This document shows, one piece after another, positions 56,885-64,000 of a stretch of 64,000 nt of DNA. Within the stretch, counting starts at the first letter, position 1; every line of letters starts with the position of its first letter. The notes beneath the pieces were generated by a model that was not told where the DNA came from, did no database searches, and saw nothing but the letters and a program-made list of their open reading frames with translations. The stretch is from Coriobacteriia bacterium (GTDB lineage Bacteria > Actinomycetota > Coriobacteriia > Anaerosomatales > Kmv31), in assembly GCA_014859305.1 (NCBI GenBank), contig JACUUM010000003.1, forward strand, positions 550 through 64,549, given 5' to 3'. The position numbers were made by a program, and so were the translations under genes.

Positions 56885-58023
56885 CAGGGGGCCGCCCCGG
56901 CCTTCTCCGTGGATGTCACGACGCCTTCAAGCACCTGTATGACCAGCCGGTTGTTGTCGCGCGCCCGCTCCTGCAGCTGCGGCAGGCCGCGATCGACGAG
57001 GCTGCGCAGGGCCTCCTGCCGGTCCCACGAGCGGTCTATGTAGGCCAGCAGCTGCCCGATGCTCAGGTTCTGCAGGGGTGGCGTCTCCATCTGCAGCTCC
57101 TCCACGAAGCCCATCACCTTGGATGCGTAGGGCAGCGCGACGAACGGCACCCGCTGCAGCGCCGCGAAGATCAGGAAGTGCAGCCTCATGCCCACCGCGA
57201 AGTTGAGGTGGCGCACCAGCGACAGGAGCTGCTGCGACGAGTACTCGCCCTTCAGCACGCTGGCGCGCTGCGGGCGCTGCATCTTCGAGATCACGGCATG
57301 CGAGTGCCGCACGTCCTGGACCTGAGGCTCCAACGGCACGAACACCACGTCCGCGTCGAACCGCTCGATCATGTAGTCCGCCGCTCCCGCCAGCTGCGCG
57401 TGGTAGACTTCGACGTCGATGTCGGGCGCAGCGGGACCGGGCTCGCGCACGGACATGCCCACCACCCGTTCCTTGTCGGTGAGGCCCTCCCGGGTGAGCG
57501 CGTCATCCGGCAGCGGTTCCGGCTTCAGCAGCAGCGCGGGGTCGGCGGTCACCAGCACCCGTCCGTCGACGCCGAGCTTCTCCAGTGCGTGGCGTGAGCG
57601 AAGATCGCGCACGGTGATCGCGTCCGCCTGCAACAGCGCCTGGGTCAGTGCCCGCTTGATCGAGGAGTCGGCCAGGGGCCCGACACCCACGGCGTACACC
57701 ATGACCCGCACGCCGGCCTCCAGGGCGAGCTGCATCTCGCGAAGGTGCTCCTGGAGCCAGTAGTCGTACAGGATCCCGCCCCCGCCGACGATCAGCAGGT
57801 CCAGTCCCTCGATCTCGGACAGGAGGTCGTCGCGGCCCACGCCGACGTTGTACGGCGCGCGTTCGACCCCGTGCCGCGTCAGCGTGTCCTCGGGGTCCGG
57901 CGTGAAGACCGAGATCTCCACTCCGGGCAGCGAGGCCCGCAGTTGTGTGACCATGCTGGCCAGGATCGCCTCGTCGCCGAGGTTGCACCCGCCGTAAGAG
58001 CCGGTGATGCCGACGCGCGCCAT
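56884..58023 (-). CDS. polysaccharide pyruvyl transferase family protein (CsaB/WcaK-like)
   Basis: ATG 58023 follows GGAGGGGAGGG. GSYGGCNLGDEAIL, LLIVGGGGIL, VGVGP and VGMRLHFLIFA. Confidence 0.8.
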   Translation of the reverse strand: MARVGITGSYGGCNLGDEAILASMVTQLRASLPGVEISVFTPDPEDTLTRHGVERAPYNVGVGRDDLLSEIEGLDLLIVGGGGILYDYWLQEHLREMQLALEAGVRVMVYAVGVGPLADSSIKRALTQALLQADAITVRDLRSRHALEKLGVDGRVLVTADPALLLKPEPLPDDALTREGLTDKERVVGMSVREPGPAAPDIDVEVYHAQLAGAADYMIERFDADVVFVPLEPQVQDVRHSHAVISKMQRPQRASVLKGEYSSQQLLSLVRHLNFAVGMRLHFLIFAALQRVPFVALPYASKVMGFVEELQMETPPLQNLSIGQLLAYIDRSWDRQEALRSLVDRGLPQLQERARDNNRLVIQVLEGVVTSTEKAGAAP

Positions 58024-58216
58024 CGGCCCTCCCCTCCGGCCTGCTGCCGGTTCTCGCGTCGCACGGTCTGAGCCCGGACGAGTCCGTTCGGCGGCTCGCG
58101 TACCGGATTCTTCCCCGCCGCGCGGCATTCTGCCGTCCCCGTCGGGGCATCCACGCGGGGAGCCGGCCCGAGAGGAGGAGGCGTACGCCGACGACGGCCG
58201 GCGACCGGAGAGGCTC

Positions 58217-58687
58217 CTAGCGGCGCAACGTGGCCGCGAGGCGTCGCGGGTGCGTGAGCAGCCCGATCGCGTCGCCGACGTCGCGCGTGAGGATGTCCGC
58301 CGCCTCGGCCGCGTCGAACGCGCAGCCCTCGGGGCCCATCACGCATATCCCGAGCGCGGCGGCCCGCAGCATCGCGACGTCGTTCGCTCCGTTGCCCACC
58401 GCCACCACGCGCTCCGCGCCCAACTCCTCCACCAGCCGCGCCTTGCGCTCGGCCTCCGAGCCGTTGTTGATGATGCGGACCTCGATCCCGAGCGCTCCGG
58501 CGACCGACGCCCCCCGGCCGTGCGTGTCGGCGGTGACGGCGAGAGCGCGCAGAGAGCCGCTCAACTCGGCGAGCGCGTCGCGCACGTTCGCATGGACCCA
58601 TCCATCCCTGGCGACCGTGCCGTTGACGTCGAGCACGAGCCACTCGAGTTCGAGCGCTCGCCACCCCGGCACCTCGATCGTGAGCAT
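58217..58687 (-). CDS. HAD-superfamily phosphatase resembling a soluble P-type ATPase domain (COG4087-like)
   Basis: LVLDVNGT (a DxxGT-type motif I), VTADTHG and VGNGANDVAML. Confidence 0.7.
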   Translation of the reverse strand: MLTIEVPGWRALELEWLVLDVNGTVARDGWVHANVRDALAELSGSLRALAVTADTHGRGASVAGALGIEVRIINNGSEAERKARLVEELGAERVVAVGNGANDVAMLRAAALGICVMGPEGCAFDAAEAADILTRDVGDAIGLLTHPRRLAATLRR

Positions 58688-58739
58688 CGCTCAGCCCTCC
58701 TCCTCGGCCCGTACCGTTCGGAGAAGAGCGCTTCAGCAC

Positions 58740-58777
58740 CCGGTACCCTCCTGTATCTTACTTCCACAAGGTACCGG
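58740..58777. repeat. 8-bp perfect inverted repeat CCGGTACC / GGTACCGG around a 22-nt AT-richer loop
   Basis: Read directly. The loop holds TACTTCCACAA (58759..58769), which recurs at 59268..59278. Confidence 0.85.
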
Positions 58778-58815
58778 CGTGCACCAGGGCAAGGGCGACA
58801 CCGTGAAGCGGGACC

Positions 58816-59190
58816 TCAGGCGGCGTCGAGTCTCGAGGTGCTCTCGCGTCGCCGCGGCCCGAACCTGCGGTGCAGCCACCGGGCGAGCAGGCCGCCAGGC
58901 AGCGCTCCGAGCAGCGAGACGATCACCGCGCCGGGGATCGCGAACAACAGCGCGGAAGCCTCTTCGATCGTTCCGCGCAGGATGAAGAGCCCGAGCGCGG
59001 CGCCGCCCCCGACGACGCCCGCTGCCGCGAGGGACAGGAGAGCGGCTCTGAGCTTGGTGACGGGCTGCTTCCTCCCTGCCGCGATAGTCAGCGCGGCGGC
59101 CGCGGTGGCGGCCGGGCCGCACAGAACGGCTGAGGCCAAAGCGGCCAGGGTCGCGAGATCGGCCAGCAGGATGTCGGTGTGCGACTGCAT
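58816..59190 (-). CDS. hypothetical 4-TM membrane protein
   Basis: Hydrophobic Ala/Gly/Leu-rich helices. GAGGAGGA lies upstream of ATG 59190. Confidence 0.5.
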   Translation of the reverse strand: MQSHTDILLADLATLAALASAVLCGPAATAAAALTIAAGRKQPVTKLRAALLSLAAAGVVGGGAALGLFILRGTIEEASALLFAIPGAVIVSLLGALPGGLLARWLHRRFGPRRRESTSRLDAA

Positions 59191-59489
59191 TCGGTCCTCC
59201 TCGTAGCCGTCGTGCGCACTGCCTGGGCATCAGCCCGGCCCGCCGGTCCTCCGCGCCGGTCGGCCTCTACTTCCACAACGTCTTCGCGTTCCCTGCCCGG
59301 CGACGGTAGGGACCACATGGAAGGGCGGCCGCCGAGCGTGCTCCGCTTCGACTTCCCGCAGCCCGCACCGCGAGAGGGGTAGCTCGGAGGGCGTTCCGCA
59401 GCGCTGCGGCTTCCGCCCCTGTCGGCACGCCCGTTCCCGGGTGTAGAATCGAGGGGGGTACGGGGGCCCGGACACGGGGACGGCCCCGC

Positions 59490-60671
59490 ATGGCGGTGAA
59501 GGAGCACGTCGGTCTCAGCTTGCGCGTGCACGCGCTCGCCGCCACGCTGCCCCGGCACGACTGGCGCTCCGACGAACGAGCGTTGCCCCCCAACGGCATC
59601 TACCTGATGTTCGAACGCGGCGAGCGCGTCAGGACTCCCGACGGACCGGTGGACCGGGTGGTCCGGGTCGCCTCGCACCGTAAGCCGGGCAGGCTTCCCA
59701 AACGCGTTCGCGCTACGTTCGGCAGCCCGTATTCCGGGCAACTCAGGCATGCGCCGCCGCTTCGGGCCCACTACAGCGAGGCCCTGCTGCGGCGCGAGGC
59801 GGCATCGCCCCCCGGCGTCGGCGGCCCTCGCTTCGAGGACCGCGTCACGCAGGCGATCCGGCTCTCCTTCACCTTCTGCGTCATCCCCGTCGAGGATGCC
59901 GACGAGCGCTACGAGTTCGAACGCTCTCTCATCGCGCTGCTGGCGCAGTACCCTGCCGCGGCGCCGTCCTCCCGCTGGCTGGGCAGGTTCTCCAGCGAAG
60001 CGGCGATCGCCAAGGGCGGCCTGTGGAACGTGAAGCATGCGGGAGCTCGAGCGATGGACGGAGGGCAGTTCGAACGCTTCCGTTGCCGCGCGGAGGGCTC
60101 GGTCGGCGGCGCCGCGGGCGAGGACGAGGTGGCCGGTCTGTATCGGGGCTCCGCCCAGACATCCGCGGTGCACGCGGCGGAGTCGCTGTTCCTCGGCGCG
60201 CTGTGGTGGCTGCGCTCGACCTACGCCCAGCACGGCTTCGCCTCGCGGCGCGATCTGGTCTGGACGCTGCAGAAGCGGCTCGCCTCGGTGAGCCGCCGCA
60301 CGTTCCGCGGGTGCAGGGTGTACACAGCGGTGCCGGAGCCGTACGGCGGCCGCCCGATAGACCTGGCCGTCGTCGACGAGAACGACGAGTTCCTCGTGGC
60401 AGTGTGCGTCGTCTACGAACCCGACGCGCGCCGCCGCTCCGGCGACCTGCGCTACGCGCGGCTCCCGCGGACCTCGTGGGAAGAGGTGGCCGCGGAAGGC
60501 AAGCGGACCCGCGATCTCGTCGCGGCCGGACGCGTCCCGGTCGCCTACACCCTCCTGGTGGACGAGGGGGGCCGGTACCGGGACCGTGACCTTCCGGGTT
60601 CCCTCCGCGAGGAGTGGGCCCCCCCCGAGCACCCCGCGCTGGCGGTCATGAGGCTGCGTGCCGGACGGTAG
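59490..60671 (+). CDS. GIY-YIG-like N-terminal domain fused to an unrecognised C-terminal domain of about 200 aa
   Basis: GIYLMFERGE...RVVRVASHR...YEFERSLIALL...SRWLGRFS...GGLWNV. The C-terminal half has a possible degenerate restriction-endonuclease-like core (PIDLAVVDENDEFLVAVCVVYEPD). Confidence 0.55.
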   Translation: MAVKEHVGLSLRVHALAATLPRHDWRSDERALPPNGIYLMFERGERVRTPDGPVDRVVRVASHRKPGRLPKRVRATFGSPYSGQLRHAPPLRAHYSEALLRREAASPPGVGGPRFEDRVTQAIRLSFTFCVIPVEDADERYEFERSLIALLAQYPAAAPSSRWLGRFSSEAAIAKGGLWNVKHAGARAMDGGQFERFRCRAEGSVGGAAGEDEVAGLYRGSAQTSAVHAAESLFLGALWWLRSTYAQHGFASRRDLVWTLQKRLASVSRRTFRGCRVYTAVPEPYGGRPIDLAVVDENDEFLVAVCVVYEPDARRRSGDLRYARLPRTSWEEVAAEGKRTRDLVAAGRVPVAYTLLVDEGGRYRDRDLPGSLREEWAPPEHPALAVMRLRAGR

Positions 60672-60852
60672 CGCCGGACGTCCGGCGCCGGACCGCCGCG
60701 GACCGGTTCCCGCCGCCGCTCCTCCCGCTCTTCGTGCCGTCGGCCGACGTCACGCCCCCGGCTGGCGGGCGAGCCGACCGCGAGGTCCCGACCGGCGAGG
60801 TACGATACGAGGGCGGAGAGCGAAGGAGGGCGCCAGTGCGGGAGCGGCGGCG

Positions 60853-62163
60853 ATGAGCGGGTCCCTCGTCGCCGGCATAGCGGTCGGCCTGGCGCTCCTG
60901 CTCATCGCCCGGAACCGGGAACGCTCGCGCGACGTCGATGCCTTCGCCGCCGTCGCACGCCTCGCCCGCGCGGGCCCGCTCTCCTTGCCCTGGCCGTTCT
61001 GGGGAGCCGCCGCGGCGGGCTCCTTGGCGGTCATGACAGGTATGCCGGCGGTCTCGCCGCTGGCCCGTGCGACCGGCGCGCTCGCCATGAGCGTCCTGGC
61101 CTGGCTGTCGTGGCTGGCCTCCTGGTCGTCGTTGAGGGCCCTGCTCGACGCCGCGATCGTCTTCCAGGACCACGTCCCACTCACCAGGCGGCCGGCCTCG
61201 GCCTCCGCCCCCGCTCCGGCGGCCGCGCTGTCGTTCCGGCCGCTGGCCGCGGCGCTCGTGCTGCTCGCAGCGCTGTCCGTCACGGGTGTCGGGTTCGGGC
61301 TGCTGTCGCTGCTCTTGGGCTGGACGCGGTTCCTGCCGCTGCTGGCCGCCGGCGTCTGGCTGGTCATCGGGATGGGCTTCGCGAGCTACGTGCACGCTGC
61401 GATGGCCGCGGAGCGGAGGGTTCGGAGCGTGTTGGGCGACCCCTCTTCGGTGGACGACGAGAGGCTGCTTGACGCCCTTCGGCGCAACCCGCGCTCGCCC
61501 CGCCTGCTGATCGAGCACGCCCGCCGCTTGGAGTCCTCAGGCGAGTGGCTCCAAGCGCTGCTGGAGTACCGGGCGGCTGAGGTGTCCGGCTCTCTGCCCG
61601 AGGAGGCGCGCGAGGGCGCGGAGCGCGCACGCCGCACGGTGGCGGGAAAGCCCGGGCCGGTGGAGGGGTCGATCGTGCGGCAGCGCGGCACGGGCGAGCC
61701 GAAGGTGCTCCTCGAGCCGCTGCGCGCGGCGCCCGACGCCGTCGCCGTCTCGGTCGTCGACCCCGCGGCCTTCGTCGGCGAGCTGCTGGCGCTGGCCGAC
61801 GACGGGCTGATCCTGAGCGTGGAGGGCGAGGTCGACGCAGCGCTCGCCCAGGAGCTCCGGTCCTTCGAGCACCTGGCCCCCCTGATCGAGCGGGACAGGG
61901 ACCACCCCTGGGCCGCGATGCGATCGTGGCGGCTGGAGGAGCCGGTGCGCGAGACGCTGCGCCTGGCGATCACCGAGGGAGTGCCGCGGGGATGGACGCA
62001 CCTGCGCGTGTACACGGTGCAGAGGCTGCTCGTGGAGTGCCGCTCGCGCTTCGCGCGGACGAGCGTCGCCCCCGACCTCGCGCACCGCGAGTTCCTGGAG
62101 TGGCGCCGTTCGGGGGCCGTAGGACCCTCCGGAGTCAGCGGGGTCGGCGGGGCGAGCGGGTGA
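60853..62163 (+). CDS. hypothetical polytopic membrane protein with a large cytoplasmic C-terminal domain
   Basis: About 6 hydrophobic helices in the first 210 aa, then a TPR-like helix pair (LLIEHARRLESSGEWLQALLEYRAAE) and a domain of about 180 aa that I do not recognise. Confidence 0.55.
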   Translation: MSGSLVAGIAVGLALLLIARNRERSRDVDAFAAVARLARAGPLSLPWPFWGAAAAGSLAVMTGMPAVSPLARATGALAMSVLAWLSWLASWSSLRALLDAAIVFQDHVPLTRRPASASAPAPAAALSFRPLAAALVLLAALSVTGVGFGLLSLLLGWTRFLPLLAAGVWLVIGMGFASYVHAAMAAERRVRSVLGDPSSVDDERLLDALRRNPRSPRLLIEHARRLESSGEWLQALLEYRAAEVSGSLPEEAREGAERARRTVAGKPGPVEGSIVRQRGTGEPKVLLEPLRAAPDAVAVSVVDPAAFVGELLALADDGLILSVEGEVDAALAQELRSFEHLAPLIERDRDHPWAAMRSWRLEEPVRETLRLAITEGVPRGWTHLRVYTVQRLLVECRSRFARTSVAPDLAHREFLEWRRSGAVGPSGVSGVGGASG

Positions 62164-62902
62164 GGGGATCCGGGCGGCGGCTCTGCACGTACGAGTCGAC
62201 AGCCCAGAACGCGCCGGCGGCCGGCACAGCGGCCCCGAGGAGCAGCGCCGCGTGAGGGAGACGGGTCGCGAGCGCGCCGGCGAGGGAGCACAGCACCGCG
62301 CCCGGCAGGGCGCCGACGGCGGAGGCGGCCAGCGCCCGGCCCCACGACAGCGGCGAGGCGCCGGCGAGGAGGGCGACCGCCTCGGCGAGCACCGGGACCG
62401 GGCGCGTGAGCAGGATCGCGATCGCTCCTCGGCGGGAGAGCAGCCCGTCGGCCGCCACCCTCTCGGCCGGGGGGACGAGCCTGCCGAGCAGCCGGCTGCC
62501 GCGCCGCCCCAGCGCGAAGGCGACCGCGAAGCCGCCGACGCTGCCCGCCAGCGACAGCGCCGCGCCGGCCACCGGCCCGAAGAGCGCGCCGCCGGCGGCC
62601 ATGACGAGGCTGGAGGGCACCGGCATCAGCACGTCGGCGACCAGGAGTCCCACGATGCCCGCGGCCGCGGCCGTTCCGCGCCCGGCGAGCACGGCGAAGG
62701 GGTCCTCGAGCACCGGGAGATGCAGCGCGGAGACCGCGACGTAGGCGGCGGCGAGCACACCGAGGATCGCGGCGACGACGAGCCAGTAGCGGCGCAGCGT
62801 CTTCCAGTCCCCTCTCGGGAACTGCACGACCTGCGCCACCCGTCCACGCGGCGGTCCTCCACTGCCCGATGTTCCCCGGGTCTTGAACGTCACGAGGCTC
62901 AT
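62135..62902 (-). CDS. TVP38/TMEM64 (DedA-related) family membrane protein
   Basis: ATG 62902. LMPVPSSLVMAAGGALFGPVAG...RLVP...LLTRPVPVLAEAV. Confidence 0.7.
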   Translation of the reverse strand: MSLVTFKTRGTSGSGGPPRGRVAQVVQFPRGDWKTLRRYWLVVAAILGVLAAAYVAVSALHLPVLEDPFAVLAGRGTAAAAGIVGLLVADVLMPVPSSLVMAAGGALFGPVAGAALSLAGSVGGFAVAFALGRRGSRLLGRLVPPAERVAADGLLSRRGAIAILLTRPVPVLAEAVALLAGASPLSWGRALAASAVGALPGAVLCSLAGALATRLPHAALLLGAAVPAAGAFWAVDSYVQSRRPDPLTRSPRRPR

Positions 62903-63045
62903 TCCGGGACTATCCGCGACAGCGCGCCGCCCCGGGAGAACTCCACGTTCGTGGGGTAAGTCAGCCGGCCGAGGACCTTCTCGACGCGGTATCCCTGCTC
63001 GACGCGGTGACCCCGACCCTGCCGTGTCTCGACGGCGGTAGACAT
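62899..63045 (-). CDS. hypothetical 48-aa protein, translationally coupled to the DedA-related gene
   Basis: ATG 63045 lies 7 nt after GGAGG. The stop overlaps the downstream ATG (ATGA). Sequence: MSTAVETRQGRGHRVEQGYRVEKVLGRLTYPTNVEFSRGGALSRIVPE. Confidence 0.45.
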   Translation of the reverse strand: MSTAVETRQGRGHRVEQGYRVEKVLGRLTYPTNVEFSRGGALSRIVPE

Positions 63046-63166
63046 CCGACCACCTCCGGGCGACGCGGGCCGTCCGCGTACCGGACAACCTCGGCAAGCC
63101 TTCGTTCCCGCGCCGCTGGAAACGGTAAACGGCAGGCCGCGCCGGCGGTCCCCGCCCCGGGTCCGG

Positions 63167-64000
63167 CTACGCCGCGGCGGCGCCGCCGGCACCGGCGAGC
63201 GTCATGCCGGTCTCCGGGTCGCCGCGCTCCAGCACCACGACCGCGAGGTCGTCGGCCAAGGGGCCGCGAGCGTGCGCCTCCGCGGCGCGGGCGAGTGCGT
63301 TGGCGATCCCCTGGGGCGTCCCGCGGGTCCGACCGAGGACCGCCCCGACGTCGTCGTCACCCAGCAGGGCGCCGTCGGGCGATCGGGCCTCGGTCAGCCC
63401 GTCGCTGAAGAGCACGAGCCGCTCCCCCCGAGCCAGGCCGATGCGCTCCTCGGAGTACGCCGTGCCCGGCCGCACCCCGAGCGGGGGCCCGCCGGCGTAC
63501 AGCACCGAGGGGTCGTTCTCCACCGAGACGAGGAACGGGGCGGGGTGGCCCGCGTTGGCGTAGCGCACCATGCCGGTGCGGGTGTCCAGCAGCGCGTAGA
63601 AGGCGGTGACGAAGGTCCCGACGTCGACCTGCTCGGCTATGGCCGTGTTCGCGCGCGAGAGCACGGAGGCGGGGGAGGGGTCGTCCAGCGCGAAGGAGCG
63701 CAGCGCGCCCTTGGCGGCGGCGGTGTGGCGCGCCGCGGCGATCCCCTTGCCGCTGATGTCGCCGAGCACGACGGCGACGCGGTGCTCGTCGACCCGGATG
63801 AAGTCGTAGAAGTCGCCGCCCACGCGCGCGCCGTCCATCGCGGGCCGGTACGTGAGTCCCAGGCCGATGCCCCTGATGGGGAAGGGCTTGGTGAGCAGCG
63901 CGTCCTGCAGGGTCTGGGATATCAGCGCCTCGGTCTCGAAGCGCCGGGCATTGGCCAGAGCGATCCCCAGCTGCTGCGCGAGACCCACGGCCAGCTCCAC
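63167..64000 (-). CDS. SpoIIE/PP2C-family phosphatase, C-terminal part (N-terminus beyond the window)
   Basis: GAF-end plus PP2C motifs GGDFYDFI, VVLGDISGKGIAAA and FSDGLTEA. The ORF is open to base 64000. Confidence 0.85.
   Translation of the reverse strand: MELAVGLAQQLGIALANARRFETEALISQTLQDALLTKPFPIRGIGLGLTYRPAMDGARVGGDFYDFIRVDEHRVAVVLGDISGKGIAAARHTAAAKGALRSFALDDPSPASVLSRANTAIAEQVDVGTFVTAFYALLDTRTGMVRYANAGHPAPFLVSVENDPSVLYAGGPPLGVRPGTAYSEERIGLARGERLVLFSDGLTEARSPDGALLGDDDVGAVLGRTRGTPQGIANALARAAEAHARGPLADDLAVVVLERGDPETGMTLAGAGGAAAA

Overview
High-GC (roughly 70%) bacterial chromosomal segment, almost fully coding: about 65 genes, with no spacer longer than about 310 nt. I saw no rRNA, tRNA, CRISPR array, transposase or integrase. 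At least 12 gene junctions share a 4-nt GTGA/ATGA start-stop overlap, which helped fix start codons. The gene content (COG1900 homocysteine route, MetV/MetF, TIGR04076, DUF3786, CWB2 wall-binding repeats, polyferredoxin) suggests an anaerobic Actinomycetota-like organism. That is inference only.

Contents in order:
1. A methionine module: COG1900 protein, NIL-ferredoxin, core-only MetH, MetV, MetF, interleaved with two large SpoIIE/PP2C sensor phosphatases. A third such phosphatase is cut by the right edge.
2. lpd, a small EF-like protein and lipA.
3. An arsR-acr3-usp-metallophosphoesterase operon, divergent from an arsR / thioredoxin-like / COG0701 permease / thioredoxin / ccdA operon.
4. Two paralogous RHH-like mini-proteins.
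5. A ferritin-like-GGDEF cyclase.
6. UPF0280, ligA, two CPBP proteases, gatCAB and TIGR04076.
7. An MFS remnant, an SSF symporter and an MBL-rhodanese fusion.
8. A methyltransferase plus a MacB-type ABC transporter.
9. Cell-envelope proteins (CWB2 protein, S8 protease).
10. A small nuclease-rich accessory patch: DUF3786, pRiA4b-ORF3 and a Cas4-like/DEDDy DUF2779 protein.
11. An ECF sigma (frameshifted) with its anti-sigma.
12. A tightly coupled operon on the minus strand: pyruvyl transferase, FAD oxidoreductase and two activase-less acyl-CoA-dehydratase-activase-related proteins.
13. A GIY-YIG fusion protein next to an unknown membrane protein.

The best candidates for undescribed biology are the 53.3-58.0 kb operon, the 43.5-46.7 kb nuclease patch, the 59.5-62.2 kb GIY-YIG pair and the RHH-like paralog trio at 19.9-20.8 kb. 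All family assignments come from reading the translated ORFs for motifs. No database search was possible.
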